From positions 1 through 62,776 of the forward strand of contig JAUYDL010000016.1 in the NCBI GenBank assembly GCA_030691865.1: DNA of 62,776 nt, read 5' to 3'. The notes below the pieces were generated by a model. It saw nothing but the letters and a program-made list of their open reading frames with translations. It was not told where the DNA came from and made no database searches. This DNA comes from Candidatus Omnitrophota bacterium (GTDB lineage Bacteria; Omnitrophota; Gorgyraeia; Gygaellales; Profunditerraquicolaceae). Of the stretch, positions 15,959 through 23,920 are shown piece by piece. The position numbers and the translations under genes were made by a program. How positions within the stretch are numbered: the stretch's first letter is position 1; each line of letters begins with the position of its first letter.

Positions 15959-18130
15959 GTGAGAGAAAGAAGAATCAATGAGGTCAAAGGCGTCGTTCTA
16001 GTAGCAGTGGGGCTGATGGTTTTAGCCAGCCTCATTCGCTTTGACCGCTTAGATCTTGTTTTTTACACATCAGCTCCTAATTTCCCCGCTAAAAATCTTC
16101 TGGGAGTTTTCGGCGCCTATCTGGCCGGATTAATCGTCCTACTTTTTGGTAATATCTCCAGTTTTTGCATACCGTTTTTAGTGATCATGCTGGGTATAAA
16201 ATATTTCCGCCAGGATAAACCTTACTTAAGTGTTGCGCGTATCTTGGGAATGTTTGTGCTGCTGGTTTCCATCAGCTCGCTGATCGGCATGTTTAATTTA
16301 AATAATGATAGCTTAAGGTTCCAAACCTCAGGATTTTTTGGCGCCCTCACCGCTAATTTTATCACCACCTATTTTAGCCGCTTAGGTGGTTTTATTATTT
16401 TTGTTACCTTCATCATCCTTTCCCTGGCTTTAGTGACGGAGATCCTTATTTCTTCACTCTTTCTTAAGCTAGCTGAAAGAGTAAAATCAATTTTTACCGG
16501 GCTGGCAATTTTTTCTAAAAAACAAAAAGCCACTGTGGTTAAGCTCAAACCTAAGATTTTTATGCCACCGGAGCCTGCTGCCTCGAAGTTAAAGATTCAG
16601 ATTCGCCCACAAGGCGATGGTTTGCCTTCCTCTAGGCAAAGCCATAAGCCGCCAGGCGATGGTTTGGCTTCCAATAGCCAAAGCCATAAGCCACAAGAGC
16701 TAAAAATCGGCGATTATCATTTGCCTTCTGTGGATTTATTAGATGCGCCGCCTGCGGCAGATACTAAACAAATTAAAGAGGATCTGGAGGCTTGCGCCAG
16801 GACACTAGAAGATACCTTAGAAGATTTCGGTATTTCGGCAAAAGTTACCGATATTATCCGCGGCCCGGTAATTACGCGTTATGAATTGGAACCGGCTGCC
16901 GGAGTAAAGATTAATCGTATTGAGGCCTTAAGTGATGATATCGCTTTGGCCATCAAAGCCCAGTCGATCAGGATTATTGCTCCTATCCCGGGTAAGGGCA
17001 GAGTAGGGGTGGAGGTGCCTAATCTGCAGAGTAGTTTAGTTTGTATTAGAGATTTACTTACTTCTGCGGAGTATCATAAGCAGAAAACGCCTTTGACTAT
17101 AGCTTTAGGTAAGGATATCACCGGTCGGAGCGTATTTGGTGATTTAGATGATATGCCGCATCTGTTAATTGCCGGAACTACCGGTTCCGGTAAAACTGTC
17201 TGTGTGAATACCTGTATTTTGTCATTACTTTTCCGGGGATCTCCGAATGATTTAAAATTTTTAATGATTGACCCCAAGATGGTGGAGTTGATGCCTTTTA
17301 ACGACCTGCCGCATCTTTTATGCCCGGTAGTTACAGACGCCAAGAAGGCAGCAGTTGCCCTTAATTGGGTGGTTTCCGAGATGGAGGCCCGTTACATACT
17401 TTTATCTAAAGCCGGAGTCAGAAATATTGAGGCTTATAATGAAAAGCAGGAGAAGATCCCTTATATTATCGTCATTGTAGATGAGTTTGCGGATTTAATG
17501 AATGTGGCACGCGATCAGATTGAGAATGCGATTACGCGTCTGGCGCAGCTATCGCGGGCAGTAGGCATACATTTGATTTTAGCTACGCAGCGGCCAAGCG
17601 TGGATGTAATTACCGGAGTAATTAAAGCAAATTTACCGGCGCGTGTATCTTTTAAAGTGGCTTCTAAAGTTGATTCACGAACAGTGCTAGATAGCAATGG
17701 CGCAGAGTCTTTATTAGGTAAGGGGGACATGTTATTTTTGCAACCCGGAAAAGAAGATTTAATCCGTATCCAGGGGGCTTTGGTTAAAGATGCCGAGATT
17801 GAACGTGTGGTAGAATTTATTAAGGCTCAAGGTGAGCCGGTTTATGATGATCGGATCCTTAAGGGGCAGCAGAAAAATAGTTTAGCCAATGGTGATAAAG
17901 ATGAGCTTTATGATGAAGCGGTGCGTGTAATCATGGAAAGTAACCAGGCCTCGGTTTCTATATTGCAGAGGCGTATGCGTTTAGGATATACGCGTGCTGC
18001 GCGAATTATTGATATGATGGAGATGGAAGGGTTAGTGGGGCAGTTTGAAGGAAGTAAGCCGCGCAGGATTTTAGTTGACCGGGAAGCCTGGCTCAAGGAT
18101 TTAACAGGTGGTAACACCCCGCGCTTATAA
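15959..18130 (+). CDS. ftsK: DNA translocase FtsK
   Basis: N-terminal TM segments, repeat-containing linker, Walker A GTTGSGKT, Walker B VDEFADL, gamma wHTH domain SILQRRMRLGYTRAARIID. Confidence 0.93.
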   Translation: MRERRINEVKGVVLVAVGLMVLASLIRFDRLDLVFYTSAPNFPAKNLLGVFGAYLAGLIVLLFGNISSFCIPFLVIMLGIKYFRQDKPYLSVARILGMFVLLVSISSLIGMFNLNNDSLRFQTSGFFGALTANFITTYFSRLGGFIIFVTFIILSLALVTEILISSLFLKLAERVKSIFTGLAIFSKKQKATVVKLKPKIFMPPEPAASKLKIQIRPQGDGLPSSRQSHKPPGDGLASNSQSHKPQELKIGDYHLPSVDLLDAPPAADTKQIKEDLEACARTLEDTLEDFGISAKVTDIIRGPVITRYELEPAAGVKINRIEALSDDIALAIKAQSIRIIAPIPGKGRVGVEVPNLQSSLVCIRDLLTSAEYHKQKTPLTIALGKDITGRSVFGDLDDMPHLLIAGTTGSGKTVCVNTCILSLLFRGSPNDLKFLMIDPKMVELMPFNDLPHLLCPVVTDAKKAAVALNWVVSEMEARYILLSKAGVRNIEAYNEKQEKIPYIIVIVDEFADLMNVARDQIENAITRLAQLSRAVGIHLILATQRPSVDVITGVIKANLPARVSFKVASKVDSRTVLDSNGAESLLGKGDMLFLQPGKEDLIRIQGALVKDAEIERVVEFIKAQGEPVYDDRILKGQQKNSLANGDKDELYDEAVRVIMESNQASVSILQRRMRLGYTRAARIIDMMEMEGLVGQFEGSKPRRILVDREAWLKDLTGGNTPRL
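16607..16698 (+). repeat. 42-nt tandem repeat (about 2.2 copies) inside the ftsK linker
   Basis: Units start at 16607 and 16649 and encode PQGDGLPSSRQSHK / PPGDGLASNSQSHK. Each unit is itself hairpin-like: GGCGATGGTTTGCC...GGCAAAGCCATAAGCC. Confidence 0.8.
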
Positions 18131-18148
18131 GGATTTGCGCGGGTGTCC
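18115..18148. repeat. family B palindromic element, copy 2
   Basis: CACCCCGCGCTTATAAGGATTTGCGCGGGTGTCC. The ftsK stop TAA (18128-18130) lies in the loop. Followed by TCCCC-tagta-GGGGA. Confidence 0.75.
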
Positions 18149-18175
18149 CCTAGTAGGGGAGGAGGTAGAGAAAAC

Positions 18176-18958
18176 GTGAATATCGAAACAGCCGGTTCCC
18201 GGTTAAAGAAGATTCGCCAGGAGAGGGGATTAAGTTTAGAGGATGTCCAGAAGAAGACCAAAATTCACCTTAACGTCTTGCGGGCAATTGAAGGTGATAG
18301 TATTTCGAATTTAAGCCCGATTTATCTCAAAGGTTTCATTAAGATCTATTGCGGTTATCTGGGTCTGGATGCCAAAGACTTTATCGGTCAAAGTGGGCAG
18401 TCACAGAAACCAGCCTTAAATGCTACCGTTGGCAGGCCTATTGGAACGCGGATTGAAAAGAAATCTTCTTTTATTAAAGATGCTTCCGTTAAGCTGGGTG
18501 CGATCAAGCCCCCGGTTAATTTAAAGAAAATAATTATATTCGCAGCTATCGCGGTAATTTTTATATTTTTAGGGATTAATTTAATCAAGTTTGCTTCTTT
18601 GCGGCCTAAGAGCCGGTTAGAAAAGGCTAAAATTTCAATGCCTGTTTCTGCGCCTAAGGCTGTGGCTAGGCAAACTAAAATTAATAAAGATCTAACTGGC
18701 GGGTTTACTTTGGGTATATTTGCGCGTGGTAAATCCTGGATCTCAGTTAAAGTTGATGGGAAGGTTGTCTTTCATGGCGTGCTTGCCCGCGGCCGATCTG
18801 AAACCTGGCAGGCTAAGGAAAAAGTTGAATTGTCTCTGGGGGATGCCGGAGCAGTAGAACTGCAGGTTAATGACCAGCGTTTTGCTAATCTTGGCCGGCA
18901 CGGACAGTCTTTAAAGAATATCGTTATTAATAAAGAAGGTTTGAAAATCTCCAGATGA
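18176..18958 (+). CDS. rodZ: RodZ-like cytoskeleton protein (XRE HTH, TM segment, DUF4115-like C-terminus)
   Basis: LKKIRQERGLSLEDVQKKTKIHLNVLRAIE HTH, a single TM (IIIFAAIAVIFIFLGINLI), and a beta-rich C-terminal domain. GTG 18176 follows GGAGGAGG. The 18143 start reads through the repeat. Confidence 0.7.
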   Translation: MNIETAGSRLKKIRQERGLSLEDVQKKTKIHLNVLRAIEGDSISNLSPIYLKGFIKIYCGYLGLDAKDFIGQSGQSQKPALNATVGRPIGTRIEKKSSFIKDASVKLGAIKPPVNLKKIIIFAAIAVIFIFLGINLIKFASLRPKSRLEKAKISMPVSAPKAVARQTKINKDLTGGFTLGIFARGKSWISVKVDGKVVFHGVLARGRSETWQAKEKVELSLGDAGAVELQVNDQRFANLGRHGQSLKNIVINKEGLKISR

Positions 18959-20208
18959 AAGAAAGAATAGGAATATTGACCTTAGGTTGTCCCAGAAACC
19001 TGGTGGATGCCGAAGCTCTTGCCGGGCGGCTTAATTTTAAAGATTATTCCATAGTTGAGGATATAGCTCAAGCAGGAGTAGTTTTAGTTAATACCTGTGC
19101 TTTTATCCAAGAGGCAAAGCGTGAATCCATTGATGCAATTTTGGACCTCATCCAGCTAAAAAAACAGGGGAAACTTAAAAAAATAATTGTTTATGGTTGT
19201 CTGGCGCAGCGTTATAAAAATTTAGCCAAAGATTTACCTGAAGTAGACGCTTTTGTGGGGACGCTGGGGTTAAACCATGAATCAAAAAGGTTTGCTTTAA
19301 CCCCTAAACACTACGCTTACCTGAAAATATGCGAAGGCTGTGTAAACCGGTGTAGTTACTGCGTAATCCCCAAGATTAAAGGCAGCTTAAAGAGCCTGGA
19401 TGAGCCAACCATAATCCGGAAAGTTAAGCGTTTTAATCGCCAGAAGATTTCAGAGCTAAATATTATCGGCCAGGATATTACCGGTTTTGGCATGGATGCT
19501 TCCGGCGAAAGTCAGTTAACTGGCCTTTTACGGAAAATAATTAGTAATGCACCGGATATCGGATGGATCCGTCTTTTATATTTGAATCCGCAACGTGTTA
19601 CTAATGAGCTGCTGGAGCTGATTGCTACTTCGGCTCAGGTATGTAAATATATTGATTTGCCCATACAACATATTAATAATCGCATTCTGAAATTGATGAA
19701 TCGGGCGATTACTAAGGAAGAGATTATTGCTTTAATCAAAAAAATCAGGAAAACTATTCCCGGGGTTTATTTGCGTACCTCCTTAATCGTAGGTTTTCCG
19801 TCAGAGACAGAAAAAGAATTTAGTGAGTTGCTGGAATTTATTAAAGAGGCGAAATTCCAAAGGTTGGGAGCTTTTATTTATTCCCGGGAAGAAGGCACTC
19901 CCGCATACAATTTTAAGGGGCAAATCCACCAGCAGTTAAAGCAGGAGAGGTTTGATAAAATTATGTCCGCGCAGCGCCAAATAGCAGCAGCTGTTAATGC
20001 CAAATTCTTAGGCAAGACTATTTCTGTCCTGGTTGAAGAAAAACAGGATGGTGCATATATCGGGCGCAGTCAGGGTGATGCCCCGGAGGTAGACGGAGTG
20101 GTGTATATAAATACTAAACAGTCGTTGAGAATAGGTAAATTTATCCAGGTAAAAATTACAGATACTTTAGAGTATGACTTAGTGGGGGTACTAAATGAAT
20201 CTTGCTAA
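18955..20208 (+). CDS. rimO: ribosomal protein S12 methylthiotransferase RimO
   Basis: MTTase N-domain LGCPRNLVDAE, radical SAM CVNRCSYC, C-terminal TRAM domain; ATGA overlap with rodZ. Confidence 0.82.
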   Translation: MKERIGILTLGCPRNLVDAEALAGRLNFKDYSIVEDIAQAGVVLVNTCAFIQEAKRESIDAILDLIQLKKQGKLKKIIVYGCLAQRYKNLAKDLPEVDAFVGTLGLNHESKRFALTPKHYAYLKICEGCVNRCSYCVIPKIKGSLKSLDEPTIIRKVKRFNRQKISELNIIGQDITGFGMDASGESQLTGLLRKIISNAPDIGWIRLLYLNPQRVTNELLELIATSAQVCKYIDLPIQHINNRILKLMNRAITKEEIIALIKKIRKTIPGVYLRTSLIVGFPSETEKEFSELLEFIKEAKFQRLGAFIYSREEGTPAYNFKGQIHQQLKQERFDKIMSAQRQIAAAVNAKFLGKTISVLVEEKQDGAYIGRSQGDAPEVDGVVYINTKQSLRIGKFIQVKITDTLEYDLVGVLNESC

Positions 20209-20773
20209 CCGGTTGACCATGTCGCGAATTCTATTAACTTTTGTGTTTATGTTTTTTTTGTTTTGTAATGGGCTCTGGGCTAAGGCCATTAGTTTAGTGG
20301 TTTTTATCTTGGCAGCTTTATCGGATTATTTTGACGGCATGATTGCGCAGCGCAGGAATATGGTGACGGATTTTGGCAGGTTAATGGATCCGATCGCCGA
20401 TAAAATTTTAGTCTTAGCGGCTTTTGCGGCATTCGTACAATTGCAGTTAATTGATGCCTGGATGTTTGTAATTATTGTTTCCCGGGAAATCTTAATTACT
20501 TCCATGCGCCTGTTTGCTCTAAATAAGGGTAAGGTGCTTTCTGCGGCGCGCGCCGGCAAGCATAAGACAGTCTTGCAGATGGTGGTTATTTTTATTATTT
20601 TAGGTTTTATTTTGCTTAAAGAAATTGTATTAAAATATTATACTTGGAATCCCGCCTGGGAAAAGGTATTCCGCCAGGGGATATTTTTCCTTATGCTGGT
20701 AACCGTAGGATTGACTCTTTATTCCGGGTTATCATATTTATGGGGCAACCGTAAAGTAATTACTCGCCTATGA
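20195..20773 (+). CDS. pgsA: CDP-diacylglycerol--glycerol-3-phosphate 3-phosphatidyltransferase
   Basis: CDP-alcohol phosphatidyltransferase motif DYFDGMIAQRRNMVTDFGRLMDPIADK. Confidence 0.88.
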   Translation: MNLANRLTMSRILLTFVFMFFLFCNGLWAKAISLVVFILAALSDYFDGMIAQRRNMVTDFGRLMDPIADKILVLAAFAAFVQLQLIDAWMFVIIVSREILITSMRLFALNKGKVLSAARAGKHKTVLQMVVIFIILGFILLKEIVLKYYTWNPAWEKVFRQGIFFLMLVTVGLTLYSGLSYLWGNRKVITRL

Positions 20774-21237
20774 AATTTGAAAGAGCAGGTGATTTTTTAA
20801 TTAAAGCCACTAGCTCCATTTTTTTTATCGGCTATTTACCGCTAGCCCCCGGTACTTTTGGTAGTATCGCCGGAGTGGGTTTATTTTATTTACTTAAGGG
20901 CACTATGCCAATAACCTATTTTTTATTTATTTTCGGTATAATCGCCTTAGGGCTAATTACTAGCGGCCGGACGGAGAAGTTGTTAAATAAAAAGGATCCG
21001 GGCTGTATTGTTATTGATGAAGTGGCAGGTATGCTGATTGCGCTTAGTTTTATGCCCTATGATTTTAAGATAATTTGCCTGGCTTTTCTGATCTTTCGTA
21101 TTTTGGATACACTTAAACCATATCCGGCAGCCAGGCTGCAAAATAGGCCTGGCGCAGTCGGGGTAATGGGAGATGATCTGATTGCCGGTATTTACACCAA
21201 TATTGTGCTACAGGCCATTCTAAAATTAACTTTCTAA
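20770..21237 (+). CDS. pgpA: phosphatidylglycerophosphatase A
   Basis: 155-aa membrane protein, GTFGS...IDEVAGM...KP pattern; ATGA overlap with pgsA. Confidence 0.8.
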   Translation: MKFERAGDFLIKATSSIFFIGYLPLAPGTFGSIAGVGLFYLLKGTMPITYFLFIFGIIALGLITSGRTEKLLNKKDPGCIVIDEVAGMLIALSFMPYDFKIICLAFLIFRILDTLKPYPAARLQNRPGAVGVMGDDLIAGIYTNIVLQAILKLTF

Positions 21238-21246
21238 AAGGACTCT

Positions 21247-21810
21247 TTAGAAAGCCGCTTCTTTTAGGATGCTATAAGTTGGCCCGCCCGGGCCAAGCAC
21301 GCTCTGAAATAAAGTAATCCCTCTGGTATTAAATTTCAAATTCGCATCACTACAATCGTTTTTTACTTTATCCAGCCCTCTTTCTAAATCCGAGGGAATA
21401 AGGGGATTTTTTATGCGGCTAAGAGTGATATGTGCCCGGAAGGGGTGTTGTTCTTCAGGCAGGCCGATTTTTAGGAGTTTTGTTTCAAGCTGATCGACTA
21501 GCTGTTTTAGCTGGCGAGGCGGTTGGTTAGTGCCTATCCAAATTATCCGAGCCGCCCGGCAATTAGGGAAAACACCCAGAGTTTCTAATTTAATTTCAAA
21601 GGGGGAAGATGTTTTAATTATTTCTGCGATTATCTGTTGGGTTTCTTTGAGTTGTTTTAAAGAAATCTCGCCGAGGAACTTTAAGGAAAGATGCAGGTTG
21701 GCTGGTTTGACCCAGCTGATCTTAGGTAGGGTTGTTTTTAATTTGTCCTGAATTTTGACCAGGGCATTTTTGATATCTAAAGGAAGCTCTATGGCGATAA
21801 ATGCGCGCAT
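21247..21810 (-). CDS. thpR: RNA 2',3'-cyclic phosphodiesterase (2H family)
   Basis: Two H-x-S/T-x motifs, HLSLKF and HITLSR; 187 aa. Confidence 0.82.
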   Translation of the reverse strand: MRAFIAIELPLDIKNALVKIQDKLKTTLPKISWVKPANLHLSLKFLGEISLKQLKETQQIIAEIIKTSSPFEIKLETLGVFPNCRAARIIWIGTNQPPRQLKQLVDQLETKLLKIGLPEEQHPFRAHITLSRIKNPLIPSDLERGLDKVKNDCSDANLKFNTRGITLFQSVLGPGGPTYSILKEAAF

Positions 21811-22265
21811 AATAAACGCAATGCCTCTTGAGTTGATTTTTTTCGGATATTCTCCCGGCTGCCTGGAAAATGAAATTTGCGGCAGATATTTTCGTTTTTT
21901 CCGGATAGACAGATATAGACTGTGCCTACGGATTTGGCAGGGGTTGCTCCTGTGGGGCCGGCAATTCCGGTAATACTGAGGCCAAAGTCGGCATGTGTTT
22001 TTTTTCGGATGTTCTGAGCCATTAATATGGCCACTTGGCGGGAAACTGCGCCGTATCTGGCAATTATTTTTCCCGGGATGCTTAGAATCATTTCTTTAGA
22101 TTTGTTGCTATAAGTAACTACCCCTAAAAGAAAATAATCTGAAGATCCCGGTAAACTGGTTAAAAGGCTACAAAGCTGGCCTCCGGTGCAGGATTCGGCA
22201 ACCGAAATGGTTTTTGCCTGGTTACGTAGCCGGGTATGGATTTGTTGGGTTATCTTCCTTAGCAT
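21789..22265 (-). CDS. pncC: nicotinamide-nucleotide amidohydrolase (CinA C-terminal domain)
   Basis: SVAESCTGGQL and GIAGPTG motifs. ATG at 22265 preferred over TTG 22301, because a promoter lies inside the longer ORF. Confidence 0.75.
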   Translation of the reverse strand: MLRKITQQIHTRLRNQAKTISVAESCTGGQLCSLLTSLPGSSDYFLLGVVTYSNKSKEMILSIPGKIIARYGAVSRQVAILMAQNIRKKTHADFGLSITGIAGPTGATPAKSVGTVYICLSGKNENICRKFHFPGSRENIRKKSTQEALRLLCAHLSP

Positions 22266-22272
22266 AGTTGAT

Positions 22273-22301
22273 ATTATAGCTGTTTTTAAATATATTGACA
22301 A
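22273..22301 (-). promoter_or_regulatory. sigma70-type promoter for pncC-thpR, probably giving a leaderless mRNA
   Basis: Minus strand: TTGTCA (complement of 22296-22301), 17-nt spacer, TATAAT (complement of 22273-22278), then 7 nt to ATG 22265. Confidence 0.5.
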
Positions 22302-22322
22302 GTTTAGTTTTTCTGTTAAACT
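22295..22322 (+). promoter_or_regulatory. sigma70-type promoter for the FMN riboswitch / rib operon
   Basis: TTGACA 22295-22300, 16-nt spacer, TAAACT 22317-22322. Its -35 hexamer overlaps the -35 of the divergent pncC promoter. Confidence 0.45.
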
Positions 22323-22333
22323 ATTTAGTAATT

Positions 22334-22457
22334 AATCTTTGGGGCAAGGTGAAAATCCTTACCGGCGGTTTAGCCCGCGAGTCAGCCATTGATTCAATGG
22401 TAGACAGATCTGGTGAAATTCCAGGGCCGATGGTGACAGTCCAGATGAGAGAAGATT
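22334..22457 (+). ncRNA. FMN riboswitch (RFN element) aptamer
   Basis: ATCTTTGGGGCAAGGTGAAAATCCTTACCGGCGGT..AGCCCGCGAG...GATCTGGTGAAATTCCAGGGCCGATGGTGACAGTCCAGATGAGAGAAGATT. P1 is ATCTT/AAGAT. Lies upstream of ribBA. Confidence 0.9.
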
Positions 22458-22505
22458 AAAATCAATACGCCCGAAGATTTTGTTTAGGGTTTTTTTATTG
22501 AGGCC

Positions 22506-22562
22506 ACAACTTATGTTCGCTATCCTGCCTGCCGGGCAGGCAGGATAGCGAACATAAGTTGT
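22506..22562. repeat. 57-nt perfect palindrome (family D core CCTGCCTGCC/GGCAGGCAGG) in the rib leader
   Basis: ACAACTTATGTTCGCTATCCTGCCTGCC-g-GGCAGGCAGGATAGCGAACATAAGTTGT, flanked by GGCC/GGCC. Confidence 0.85.
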
Positions 22563-22574
22563 ATGGCCGAAATA

Positions 22575-22630
22575 ATCCCGCGAATGCGAAGAAAATTTCA
22601 TAGAAATTTTCGAGCGTTTAAGAGCGGGAT
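22575..22630. repeat. nested hairpin element (family E) just upstream of the ribBA RBS
   Basis: Outer stem ATCCCGC 22575-22581 / GCGGGAT 22624-22630. Inner stem GAAAATTTC-ata-GAAATTTTC. The inner 31 nt are related to 61944-61974 in opposite orientation. Confidence 0.7.
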
Positions 22631-22645
22631 ATTGGAGATAGAACC

Positions 22646-23854
22646 GTGTTCAATTCAATCCCAGAAATTTTAGAAGACTTAAAAGCCGGGTTAATGGCCA
22701 TTGTCGTTGACGATGAAGATCGTGAGAACGAGGGTGATTTAGTGATGGCAGCATCAAGCGTTAAATCCGCAGACATTAACTTTATGGCTAAATTTGGCCG
22801 GGGCCTGATTTGTGTTCCCATGGAGGAGGAGAGGTTGCGTTTCCTGGAGCTTGATCTTATGCTTAAGAATACCTTACAAGCTGGCAATGAGGATCCTTTT
22901 AAGACCGCATGGATGATTTCTGTTGATGCCGCTAAAGGGGTCTCAACCGGTATCTCTGTTGGAGATCGGGCCAGAACAATTGAAGTTTTAATTAATGCGC
23001 AAACCAAACCGGAAGACCTGGTGCGTCCCGGGCACATTTTTCCTTTACGTTCGCGCCGCGGCGGAGTCCTGGTCAGGGCAGGGCATACTGAAGCCAGCCT
23101 GGATTTAATGCGGCTGGCCGGGCTTTATCCGGCAGGAGTGATTTGCGAAATTATGAATGATGACGGCAGTATGGCCCGTATGGAGCAACTTTTAGAGTTT
23201 GCGCGTAAGCATGTTTTAAAGATTTGTACGATTGCCAGCCTTATTGAATATCGCCGCAGGAGCGAGAAGCTGGTGGAGGCAATTGTGCAGACCAAATTGC
23301 CCACGAAATTTGGCGAGTTTAAGTTAATTGTTTATCGCGATCAAACCAATAATCAGACGCACATTGCTTTGTGTATGGGGAGTTGGTCGCTTGAATCGAT
23401 ATTGGTACGCGTACATTCAGAATGTTTAACCGGGGAGGTTTTTGGCTCATTGCGATGTGACTGCGGAAGGCAATTAGAGAAGGCGATGCAGATGATTGCT
23501 CTGGAGAAAAAAGGCGTGATCCTTTATATGAATCAAGAAGGCCGCGGCATCGGATTAGTCGAGAAGCTGCGTGCGTACAACCTTCAGGATAACGGGATGG
23601 ATACGGTAGAGGCCAATGAGGCATTGGGACATAAGGCGGATTTACGCGATTACGGCATTGGCGCCCAGATTCTTGTAGATTTAGGGATCAAACAGATCAG
23701 GCTGTTAACTAATAATCCGCGCAAGATTGTCGGCCTGGAAGGTTATGGTTTAAAGGTTTCACAGCGGGTACCTTTAGAGATTGAGCCTAACGCTCAGAAT
23801 TATAAATACCTTAAAACAAAAAAAGAAAAGTTGGGGCATCATATAGATATTTAA
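22646..23854 (+). CDS. ribBA: bifunctional 3,4-dihydroxy-2-butanone-4-phosphate synthase / GTP cyclohydrolase II
   Basis: N-terminal half VVDDEDRENEGDL. C-terminal half RVHSECLTGEVFGSLRCDCG and QEGRGIGL. GTG start after GGAG. Confidence 0.93.
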   Translation: MFNSIPEILEDLKAGLMAIVVDDEDRENEGDLVMAASSVKSADINFMAKFGRGLICVPMEEERLRFLELDLMLKNTLQAGNEDPFKTAWMISVDAAKGVSTGISVGDRARTIEVLINAQTKPEDLVRPGHIFPLRSRRGGVLVRAGHTEASLDLMRLAGLYPAGVICEIMNDDGSMARMEQLLEFARKHVLKICTIASLIEYRRRSEKLVEAIVQTKLPTKFGEFKLIVYRDQTNNQTHIALCMGSWSLESILVRVHSECLTGEVFGSLRCDCGRQLEKAMQMIALEKKGVILYMNQEGRGIGLVEKLRAYNLQDNGMDTVEANEALGHKADLRDYGIGAQILVDLGIKQIRLLTNNPRKIVGLEGYGLKVSQRVPLEIEPNAQNYKYLKTKKEKLGHHIDI

Positions 23855-23920
23855 AGAGGGTAGGTAGTAGTTAGTAGGTAGCATATAGTAAAGGATCGCT
23901 AAAAGAGAAAGGAGAGTAAG

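Noticed and set aside
15307-16035. Antisense ORFs inside pnp, and similar ones inside recJ, ftsK, ribD, the helicase, murF, ileS and rluD
   Set aside because: All lie opposite long, motif-rich genes, as is typical of chance open frames. None has independent support.
22470-22496. Canonical intrinsic terminator as the riboswitch expression platform
   Set aside because: A T7 run is present, but the preceding stem (CCCgAAg / TTTaGGG) is short and mismatched. I could not identify a convincing terminator/antiterminator pair by eye, so the mechanism is left open rather than called.
22359-23037. Minus-strand ORFs 22359-22601 (80 aa) and 22618-23037 (139 aa)
   Set aside because: The first is translated across the FMN riboswitch and the 57-nt palindrome. 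The second is antisense to the strongly supported ribBA. Neither has an RBS or a recognisable motif.
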